DNA of 64,000 nt, taken from NCBI GenBank assembly GCA_965198175.1, contig OZ240245.1, positions 2,592,001 to 2,656,000 on the forward strand. The letters run 5' to 3'. Below are positions 56,512 through 64,000 of this stretch, in pieces (positions within the stretch are counted from its first letter, which is position 1; each line of letters starts with the position of its first letter). Made by a program: the position numbers and the translations under genes. Under the pieces are notes generated by a model that saw only the letters and a program-made list of their open reading frames with translations, was not told the origin of the DNA and did not search any database. The stretch comes from Candidatus Poribacteria bacterium (GTDB taxonomy: Bacteria; Poribacteria; WGA-4E; PCPOR2b).

Positions 56512-57894
56512 ATGCATCATTACAATCTCATCGTTATCGGCAGTGGAAGCGCCGGATTCACCGCGGCGACAACTGCTAAGGAAAAAGGATTAGAAAAAAT
56601 TCTCCTAATCGAAAAGCGTCGTGTCGGGTACAGTCTTTGTACGAATGAAGGTTGTATGCCATCCAAAACCCTTCTCGCGTCCGCTGATGTGAAGCGTGTC
56701 ATCGAGGAAAGTTCCGATTTTGGGATTACATCCACGCAGCCAAATGTGAATTGGGATACCGTGCAGAAGCGGGTCCGAACGCTGGTCGAAGACGATTTCT
56801 TCGCTGCAAGGAGAGACGCGATTCGTAACGCACCGGTGGATTTAGTCGAAGGGAACGCGCGTTTTACAAACTCCCATACTATCCAGGTTAGTGACCGTAC
56901 CTATGCCGCAGATCGAGTTGTTATTGCGACCGGTTCTGTGGTCAATGTTCCTCCCTTTCCAGGATTAAGAGAAACGGGGTACCTTGATAGCGACAGCGCA
57001 CTCTATTTGGAGAAACTGCCAAAGTCTCTAGTCGTGCTTGGGGGCGGGTATATTGCGATAGAGCTTGGATATCTATTTCACAAAATGGGAGTTGAAGTCA
57101 CGATTGTTCAGCGGGGCGATCGGATTTTGACACGTTTGGATGCGGACATCAGCTTTGAATTGCAGGACATTCTCCGTCGAGATGGGATGAACATTGTCAC
57201 AGGGGTAGATGTTGAATCAGTGAATCGGGCAGCAGGAAACAAGCAAATTCACGCTGTACTCAGGGAAGGGGGGAAAATCACATTAGAAGCGAAAGAGATT
57301 ATGATAACCACGGGACGCGCCCCTGCGATAGACGGTTTAAACTTGGAGGGGTTAGGGGTCCAGTTAGATGAGCACGGTGCAATTCAGGTCAACGATTACA
57401 TGCAAACATCTGTGCCGCACATCTATGCAGTGGGCGATGTCAACGGCAAAATGCCGCTTGTCTACGTTGCCTCAATGGAAGGAAAAATTGCTGGTTTACA
57501 CGCTGCAGGCGTAAGCGACCAAAAAATAGATTATCGCTTAGTCGGGAACATCATCTTCTCTCATCCTGAAATTGGTACGGTGGGGCTTACAGCATCAGAG
57601 GCAGAAGCTAAAGGGCTAAATGTAATAACGGTGAAGACTCCAATGGAGGATATTGGTAAAGCCGTTGCGATTGGGCAGACAGACGGTTTTATCAAGCTGG
57701 TAGCGGAGCGTCCCTCTGGCAAAATCATCGGGCTGCACGTCATTGGTCCGCACGCGACTGATATTATGCAAGTCGCCCTGCCACACCTCTATCATAATGA
57801 TACCGTTTTTGATGTCCTAAATATCCCTTATCCACACCCTACACTCGGAGAGGCGCTCAGTTATCCAGCGGAAGAAATCGCCGCGCTTCTATAA
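56512..57894 (+). CDS. Class-I pyridine nucleotide-disulfide oxidoreductase (LpdA/MerA-like)
   Basis: GSGSAG, CTNEGCMPSK, GGGYIAIE and HPTLGE. Confidence 0.88.
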   Translation: MHHYNLIVIGSGSAGFTAATTAKEKGLEKILLIEKRRVGYSLCTNEGCMPSKTLLASADVKRVIEESSDFGITSTQPNVNWDTVQKRVRTLVEDDFFAARRDAIRNAPVDLVEGNARFTNSHTIQVSDRTYAADRVVIATGSVVNVPPFPGLRETGYLDSDSALYLEKLPKSLVVLGGGYIAIELGYLFHKMGVEVTIVQRGDRILTRLDADISFELQDILRRDGMNIVTGVDVESVNRAAGNKQIHAVLREGGKITLEAKEIMITTGRAPAIDGLNLEGLGVQLDEHGAIQVNDYMQTSVPHIYAVGDVNGKMPLVYVASMEGKIAGLHAAGVSDQKIDYRLVGNIIFSHPEIGTVGLTASEAEAKGLNVITVKTPMEDIGKAVAIGQTDGFIKLVAERPSGKIIGLHVIGPHATDIMQVALPHLYHNDTVFDVLNIPYPHPTLGEALSYPAEEIAALL

Positions 57895-57920
57895 GTCGAG
57901 AATCGTCAGCGCTATCGTCA

Positions 57921-58307
57921 TCAATTCCCTTGCTTCTCCTGAATCTGCCTATCCAACTGCTGTGATGCCTCAACAGCAGTGGCGTCTCCGGATTTTATCA
58001 ATTGGCGCAGGCGGGATGCGCCGCAGATTTCCAGCGATTCGTGCCAGACAGGCTCGCTTTGGCTATCGGCGTGCGCTAGTGTAATTTCAGCGGGACGCAT
58101 CCGATCGATACATTCACGATAGATGTTCATTTTTTGCCACCGTAGCACATCCGAAGAAATTGCGTGGATGTTTTCCGATTCCAACATTAACGACGCAAGT
58201 TGAAAATCCTGTTCTTGTTGATAGGAGGGCAGGTGCACTGTTTGACTGGCCTCCACAGAGCGGAATGTTTTCGATTCCAACATTGGTAGAACTCCTTTTC
58301 CGTTCAT
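57921..58307 (-). CDS. Hypothetical protein
   Basis: ORF between genes with an internal MLES repeat; no motif recognised; start uncertain. Confidence 0.45.
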   Translation of the reverse strand: MNGKGVLPMLESKTFRSVEASQTVHLPSYQQEQDFQLASLMLESENIHAISSDVLRWQKMNIYRECIDRMRPAEITLAHADSQSEPVWHESLEICGASRLRQLIKSGDATAVEASQQLDRQIQEKQGN

Positions 58308-58549
58308 AGTCGAAACAGCCTCCGTTGCAAGTTTCAATTAGCGTTCTAACTTAAAGAAGACTGAATCGAAACACTGAGGCTGACAATTCGAGGTCTCTAA
58401 CCTTAGGAACGAAAAATAAAAGCGGCGGTTTCCAAAGTTTACTGATATTCCGCGCGCCGTGTGGATTCAGTGGACATCTGACGCTGCGTTTATCTTGTTC
58501 GAAATGCCTCCTTTTCAGATTGCTGTTCAAGCATTTTTTTCGCTGTAAT

Positions 58550-60457
58550 CTACCACCATGCAGTGAATGTGTATATCGGCTTTTTCACTATAATGCTCAA
58601 TATTGCCCAGAAACCGCCGACGACAAACTCTCCGAGAATGATTCCGAAGAAAAACGGCACCGCTTTACGATACGCCTTGACCCCGCCATACTTCAAGATA
58701 AGCCATTTGACGAGCCATGCCACAATAAACTGCGACCAAAAAGTGCGCATCGACCATGTACTGGACACCGCATAGCCTGCTGGATGCAAGGACCACCATA
58801 AAAACCGGACTCGCATAAACATAAGGAAAATACCAAACAGCACGCCGTACACAAAGAACCCTAGTCCCGCCATATCCGTAGATGTCGGAAGCGTCAGCCA
58901 CTGCTGCAAACGCATAAATGGCTCTCTACCAAAAAACTGCAAAACAACATGACTATGCGTGTATCCCGAGTGTAAGATCGCCCAAAAAGCGACGAATGTG
59001 CCTAAAACGGTGGCGATGAGCATTGCACCAAGAACCCATCGATTGTTCATACGGGCTCTATCTGCCAGCTTGAATCCCTCCAGTTGATGCGGCATCACGT
59101 CGCTGTAATGCATACGCGATAGAAACCAGAAAAAAGACATTATGGTTAAATTTCTCGGGCCAATCTTGCGGGTTCCTACAGCTCCGATCATGAGAATTTC
59201 AGGACCGGCAAAGTGCAGATCGTGAAAAGGTGAGCCGACCTCTGCACGTATTCGCGTTATCCCAATCTCCGTCATCAGATATAGAGCGAAAAAACCTCCG
59301 GCTACCCACAGCGACATACCTGCCTTCCAGCAAAAAAGCAGAATCAGTGTGATGCCGCCGATGAGTCCCCAAACGGCGATTCTGTAATCTAACACTTCAG
59401 CAGAATTGTCATTTGACTCCTCACGTGTGGCGGGTTTCAATGCAATCTTGAACACTTGGCTCAGATGGCGTCTGCCAATCCATATGGCGATGAAAAATAG
59501 GGAGATGTGCGCCCCCGCGGCTTGCTCTGAAAGTAACGGTCGAGGACGCAATCCCATAATGCTCTCGAAGATCTGCTGTACTTTCCAAAGAAAAAAGAAG
59601 AACCAGCAGGAAAAGGAGATGTCCAGGGGAATAAGAAACACAAGCCCGATCAGAAACGGGCGAAAAGTGAGCGGTGTATATCCCACAGCGTTCCACGGTC
59701 TGCCAGTGAAAAATTCGCCGAGGTTGTAGGGTTTGACGCGCAGGGAGGGAACAACGGGAAAAAAGAAGTTCAGTCCGTTGATGAAGGTCATCGCACCTAC
59801 AATGGTAAAACCCAACCACATCAATTTGTTTCTGAATAATCCAGATGAGCGATTCGTAATCTCAAACGGGAGCTGGACGATAGGATATGTCAGTCTTTCT
59901 CTATCAATCCATTGCTTCCGGACGATGACGTTGAAACATATCATCACGAACATAAGGGTACAGATGAAGGCAGCCCAGACCATAACCGGTGTCAGCCATG
60001 CGTTAATGTGTTGCGCCGTATATAGGGTTGACTCTCCCGTCAATCTCTTACCAATATAACCATCCACTGCCCTCTCATCACTCACAGCGAGCCACTGCGG
60101 GATATATCGCCAAAAGAGTTCTTTCCATTCGTTTTCCGGCGTTGCAAGTCCAAAAGCCCCAGCCAATGTTGGCGGCAATATCTGCAACATGCTGTGTCCA
60201 GCGAGTGCGGATGCTTGGCACAACATGATGTAGATGGTGAGCAGTTCGCCCTGTTTGAAAGCTAGGTCGGGAGACAGCTTTCTCAACGGAATGTTGACCA
60301 CTATCAAAACCAGCACCACGAGGAGGACGTTGAAAAAGAGCGAAAACAGAGTAGAATGCGCGACGTAATACACGCACTCCATCTGTATCAGCAAATAAGA
60401 ATTGATTGGAATCAGGATGATCCCTACAAGTATCGCTCTCCAAGTCACGTTTCTCAT
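58550..60457 (-). CDS. DUF6785/DUF6784 (OPT-like) permease, intact
   Basis: VTWRAILVG, RKQWIDRERLTYPIVQLP, RIRAEVG, HPAGY and PFFFGIILGE. Confidence 0.8.
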   Translation of the reverse strand: MRNVTWRAILVGIILIPINSYLLIQMECVYYVAHSTLFSLFFNVLLVVLVLIVVNIPLRKLSPDLAFKQGELLTIYIMLCQASALAGHSMLQILPPTLAGAFGLATPENEWKELFWRYIPQWLAVSDERAVDGYIGKRLTGESTLYTAQHINAWLTPVMVWAAFICTLMFVMICFNVIVRKQWIDRERLTYPIVQLPFEITNRSSGLFRNKLMWLGFTIVGAMTFINGLNFFFPVVPSLRVKPYNLGEFFTGRPWNAVGYTPLTFRPFLIGLVFLIPLDISFSCWFFFFLWKVQQIFESIMGLRPRPLLSEQAAGAHISLFFIAIWIGRRHLSQVFKIALKPATREESNDNSAEVLDYRIAVWGLIGGITLILLFCWKAGMSLWVAGGFFALYLMTEIGITRIRAEVGSPFHDLHFAGPEILMIGAVGTRKIGPRNLTIMSFFWFLSRMHYSDVMPHQLEGFKLADRARMNNRWVLGAMLIATVLGTFVAFWAILHSGYTHSHVVLQFFGREPFMRLQQWLTLPTSTDMAGLGFFVYGVLFGIFLMFMRVRFLWWSLHPAGYAVSSTWSMRTFWSQFIVAWLVKWLILKYGGVKAYRKAVPFFFGIILGEFVVGGFWAILSIIVKKPIYTFTAWW

Positions 60458-60600
60458 GGGATTGACCTCTTTCGAAACAGTTCAACAATCCACCGAACAT
60501 CCTTTATCTCAGTCCAATTAGATTAGGCTTGAACTTCCAATCACAAGGCGTCAATGCCGATAGGAGTGATAACAACCCGTAAATAGGATTAGTAAATCGC

Positions 60601-61230
60601 CTAATTCGCCACAATCCTGACCGGTGTCCCAGGTTTAATATGTCCATAGATTTCTTTGGCGTGATGCGGAACAAGTGCAATGCAGCCGAGTGTTCCACTG
60701 TGTGTCTCAAGTCCTTCGTACGCTAAAATTGCCGATGCGTGAATCTCAATAGAGCTCCCTGTTTTGCCTTCCTTTTTATCCTTTTCGTTTGGGTAGTTGA
60801 GCGCCATCACAAAAACATGCTCCCCGCCATAAGCTGCCGTCCACAGTTTCTCATCTTGAGCGATTTCCAGCTCTTGTTCAGAGAGCCCAGCGTTCTCCAA
60901 TTTGCCGAAGTAAAGTTCAGAATCCCGGATGGAGTATGTTTCGCCATCCACAACCAAGCTGCTCTGCCCGCCAGGGTTCGTTCTGGGCGGTCCATTGCGA
61001 CTCACCATCCATTTGATGCAGTAATCCCCAAGCGGCGTTTTCTTATCCCCTTCTTTGACTTTTCCAACGCCGTTTTCACCAATGGCAACCGGAAAACACA
61101 TTTTGACCTGATTGCCTTGGACGAGGTAGATTTCTTTAACCCCCCCAAAAACCAACAAACAGAAACCGCTTTCATCTCTGTTTAGGCCCTCCAGATAGGG
61201 TAGCAGGTAGTTTGACTCAAACTGCGACAT
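60601..61230 (-). CDS. L,D-transpeptidase (YkuD) family protein
   Basis: KVKEGDKKTPLG, LNYPNEKD and IEIH...TLGCIAL. Confidence 0.85.
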   Translation of the reverse strand: MSQFESNYLLPYLEGLNRDESGFCLLVFGGVKEIYLVQGNQVKMCFPVAIGENGVGKVKEGDKKTPLGDYCIKWMVSRNGPPRTNPGGQSSLVVDGETYSIRDSELYFGKLENAGLSEQELEIAQDEKLWTAAYGGEHVFVMALNYPNEKDKKEGKTGSSIEIHASAILAYEGLETHSGTLGCIALVPHHAKEIYGHIKPGTPVRIVAN

Positions 61231-61338
61231 TTCTAGTAGAATACCTTCTTTATTTTGCCGGTACTGATAAACAGATTTCTGGATCCTCTGTGACTCCGGG
61301 GATGGGGAGTTTTACATACAAGCAGATCAGATGGACGT

Positions 61339-62664
61339 TCAGATTGTCAACACAACCTCGAACTCATTCTTTCCTAGCTGCACATCTACCCGGACGAACA
61401 ACAGCCGATCGTCCAACCACGTTACTGCATGGGCGTTTGATTTGGCAAGCGAGAGCCCTGCATGATCGCCCCAAATCGTAAAACCGTAAGGCATTGCTTT
61501 GGGAGACTCAATTTCAAAGTGCATCTGCAATAGCGACCGCGTGCGAGAAGGACGAATATTTTCAATCTTTAGCAGGTTAAATTCGGTTCCATCGCGCGAT
61601 TTCACTGGCGGCGAAACGTAGTTCTTGATGGCAATCGGCTCCATTTTGCCTGCTTCAAAAACCAATTGGCATTCCGCATCATAATAGAATAGCATCGACT
61701 TCCGTGGATTCGACTTGGTGTCAGGATGGCTATCCGGTGTGGAACGATGGGATGTATCGTCTGCATTGATGAGTAGTAAGGTGGGTTGTGTCTGATTGCA
61801 TCCTTGCTGATAGTCATTGATGGCATCTGCAAGGAGCATTACCTGTGTTTCGGACAGTTGGCACACATACGCAAAGTAGGCGTTCAACGCTTCGAGATGT
61901 TCCAATGTTAATTCCGTTAGCTGCTCTGCATCAATATGTTGAACGTAAGCGAGCCAGCGATTCCACGCCGCGTTTGCTGCATAGAGTTCAAAGGTATGAC
62001 GAGCGGTCCCGTTCAAAACCTGCGTGCGAAGATCAAGGAGGTCATCTTCCTCAGATTTGGTCTCTTGAGTCGTGGACGACTTCTGTCTGACAACACCCCA
62101 TGCCTCCGTAGGATTGAGCGAGGCAGCCGGAACTCCCACGATTCCACCCGCAGTGGGCCCACCCAGATTATGCGCTTCTGTCGAAGGATAAAAAAAACCG
62201 AAAGGGCAACCGCCATCCCCGCGTTTCTCCTCCCATCGATAGCCCCACAATCCTTTGAAACCAACTTTACCCAGCGCATACAGCAAGACATGGTGTTTCT
62301 GCATCGCCCCTGCGACAACTGGGCTTGCCCACTCCATTTCTCTCTGGACACTATCCCACTCAGTTGAAATGAAGTCCGGTAGTTTCTCACGCATGGTTAC
62401 AATGTGCTCCGCTGACACAGGACCGTCAACCGGCGTATCACTGCCCCAAACGGGTCTAATATCTACCATCAACAGCAGTTCGTCGCCATAATCTTCGTGC
62501 CATTGGGTCAAGTCTGTAGCCAGGGTTCGCGCTGAAGCACGGTCAATCGCCCAAGTAACCGGAATACCATGTGTGTGTGCAATTTCTGCAAGGAGGCGCA
62601 CCCCCTGTCTCAGCTTTTTTCGATTTTCTGAAATTGCGGTGCTAACGAGTGAGTAGGCAAACAT
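61339..62664 (-). CDS. Hypothetical protein (possible polysaccharide-deacetylase-like barrel)
   Basis: Long ORF starting 3 bp after the upstream stop; GIPVTWA motif. Confidence 0.6.
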   Translation of the reverse strand: MFAYSLVSTAISENRKKLRQGVRLLAEIAHTHGIPVTWAIDRASARTLATDLTQWHEDYGDELLLMVDIRPVWGSDTPVDGPVSAEHIVTMREKLPDFISTEWDSVQREMEWASPVVAGAMQKHHVLLYALGKVGFKGLWGYRWEEKRGDGGCPFGFFYPSTEAHNLGGPTAGGIVGVPAASLNPTEAWGVVRQKSSTTQETKSEEDDLLDLRTQVLNGTARHTFELYAANAAWNRWLAYVQHIDAEQLTELTLEHLEALNAYFAYVCQLSETQVMLLADAINDYQQGCNQTQPTLLLINADDTSHRSTPDSHPDTKSNPRKSMLFYYDAECQLVFEAGKMEPIAIKNYVSPPVKSRDGTEFNLLKIENIRPSRTRSLLQMHFEIESPKAMPYGFTIWGDHAGLSLAKSNAHAVTWLDDRLLFVRVDVQLGKNEFEVVLTI

Positions 62665-62667
62665 AAT

Positions 62668-63771
62668 TTACTGCTGTACGTAAGTTTTGTTTAGATACTG
62701 GGCAATTATCTCGATATCTTCTTCCAAAATGAAAAGCCCATTTTCGATCATCCGGGCGATGAGGTCCCTGGTTTCTTCTTCTGAAGTTGGCGGCGCATTG
62801 TCGATGTCTGTCAGCGGATGGCATTGGGAACACGTAATTTCAAAAAGCTCCTGTGCCGCTGCGGGGTCATAGGTCGCTACATCGGGACTCGCCATAATGA
62901 TTGCATCGGGGTTTTGAATCGCAGTGTCCGGGTCCTGAATGACATCAGGCTCTGAGCTGAAGGCTGATTGTAGTGCAACCTGTGACTGGCTCACCTGCAT
63001 TTCTTCTTTTCTCTGCTCCTTCACTGAGTTCTGTATATCAGGAGTAATCGCAATGAGGTATGCAGACACTGTCCACTGATTTTCCTCAGAAATCGGTTCT
63101 CCAATGACAGGCTTGATCGCCATCCGATTGACTAGCCTTACCCAATCCCGCGGGGTACGTGGGCGAATCAGAATAGTCCGTAGGTCGTGGCATTGGACGC
63201 ATTTTCTCAACAGGACCTTCTGTCCATCGCGTAATTTTCGTTTGGAGGCGAGTAGATCCAGTGGAGCCTCATCAGGCAATCCCGCTGTCTGCAACATCTT
63301 GTGCGTTCTTTGCATACCAGCTTCACTAAAGACTTCCTGGCTTGTTCGCAGGGCGCGTTCCCGAAGTGTGAAGGGCACGGATAAGCCAATTAACAGATAG
63401 GTACACAACAGAAGAGCAGTTCCAAGATACGGCATCGCTTCCTCGAAGTGTCTGAAGAAGCGGAGGATAGCAACTTTGACTAAGAGCAGCACGCCAATCG
63501 TTATGCCAAGCATCAAATGCGCAACAGTGCGCGGTGGGAGTTCGATTTGATAGTTCCACAAGCGGGGCACCATGTGCCACATCATGAAGACGTAAAGTAT
63601 CGCATATGCAACACCGATGAGACGGTGTACTAGCACCAGCGACGGTGGTGCGGCGCTTGTGCGGGTCTTTTCATCGAAAGGATAGCCCCAAAGTTTGTAC
63701 ATCAAGAAAACCGCTGCGTTTCCTAAACCTAAAAATACAAGACCTAATATTGCACTTGTCGAGGTGGACAT
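62668..63771 (-). CDS. Membrane protein with 4 TM segments and two c-type heme motifs
   Basis: HRLIG and AHLMLG in the TM region; CVQCH and CSQCH each followed by a distal RM; RBS AAGGAAGG. Confidence 0.8.
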   Translation of the reverse strand: MSTSTSAILGLVFLGLGNAAVFLMYKLWGYPFDEKTRTSAAPPSLVLVHRLIGVAYAILYVFMMWHMVPRLWNYQIELPPRTVAHLMLGITIGVLLLVKVAILRFFRHFEEAMPYLGTALLLCTYLLIGLSVPFTLRERALRTSQEVFSEAGMQRTHKMLQTAGLPDEAPLDLLASKRKLRDGQKVLLRKCVQCHDLRTILIRPRTPRDWVRLVNRMAIKPVIGEPISEENQWTVSAYLIAITPDIQNSVKEQRKEEMQVSQSQVALQSAFSSEPDVIQDPDTAIQNPDAIIMASPDVATYDPAAAQELFEITCSQCHPLTDIDNAPPTSEEETRDLIARMIENGLFILEEDIEIIAQYLNKTYVQQ

Positions 63772-64000
63772 ATTGTATTTCCCTTCCTTTGGGTTTGGAT
63801 GACCAAATTGAAGACTTGAGAGTGAAAAGCAATTGTAACACAAAGCCGTGAGATTGTCACTACCACTTTACTCCACGAAGATTTTTGTGTTGGCACGGTT
63901 TTTATTTTGTGATACAATAATCTTTTAGTAATCCAATGTGACATAGGCGACAAGAAGTCTAATTTAACACTTGTGTTTTTAACTCACTCCGGTGAGGAAG

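Noticed and set aside
56512..57894. Mercuric reductase merA
   Set aside because: No C-terminal Cys-Cys pair, no N-terminal metal-binding domain and no mer genes nearby.
1..64000. tRNA, rRNA, tmRNA or known riboswitch
   Set aside because: None recognised by eye; an Infernal/Rfam and tRNAscan search would be needed to exclude them.

Overview
A 64-kb bacterial chromosomal window, most likely Candidatus Poribacteria or a relative. This is inferred from the PSD1/DUF1553-DUF1501 pair, two phytanoyl-CoA dioxygenases, DUF6785-type permeases, long TPR proteins and the C-terminal NYPNPFNPETWIPY...RKMVILK domain. Ordinary genes (YCF48-like propeller, waaF, recG, M42 peptidase, ABC ATPase, PorV-like, SHMT-like, OmpA/MotB, GT4, ugd, flavin disulfide oxidoreductase, L,D-transpeptidase, diheme membrane cytochrome c) flank a repeat-rich accessory region at about 13.5-44.8 kb. 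Best observations: (1) a Cre-like tyrosine recombinase with a 34-bp loxP-like site (13-8-13) over its own promoter; (2) two diverged, repeat-bounded copies of that recombinase's catalytic 3' end, bracketing a HEPN-like/FRG/TPR gene; (3) a secreted rhodanese whose active-site CxC is encoded TGA-AGC-TGA, a candidate Sec-x-Sec selenoprotein that the ORF track truncates; (4) a displaced 190-bp 3' end of a permease gene bracketing a 5-kb cargo; (5) GTAG-type REP repeats that supply stop codons and build 115-bp and 134-bp tandem arrays; (6) a cryptic integron-integrase remnant. All family calls come from motif recognition by eye. No database searches were run.
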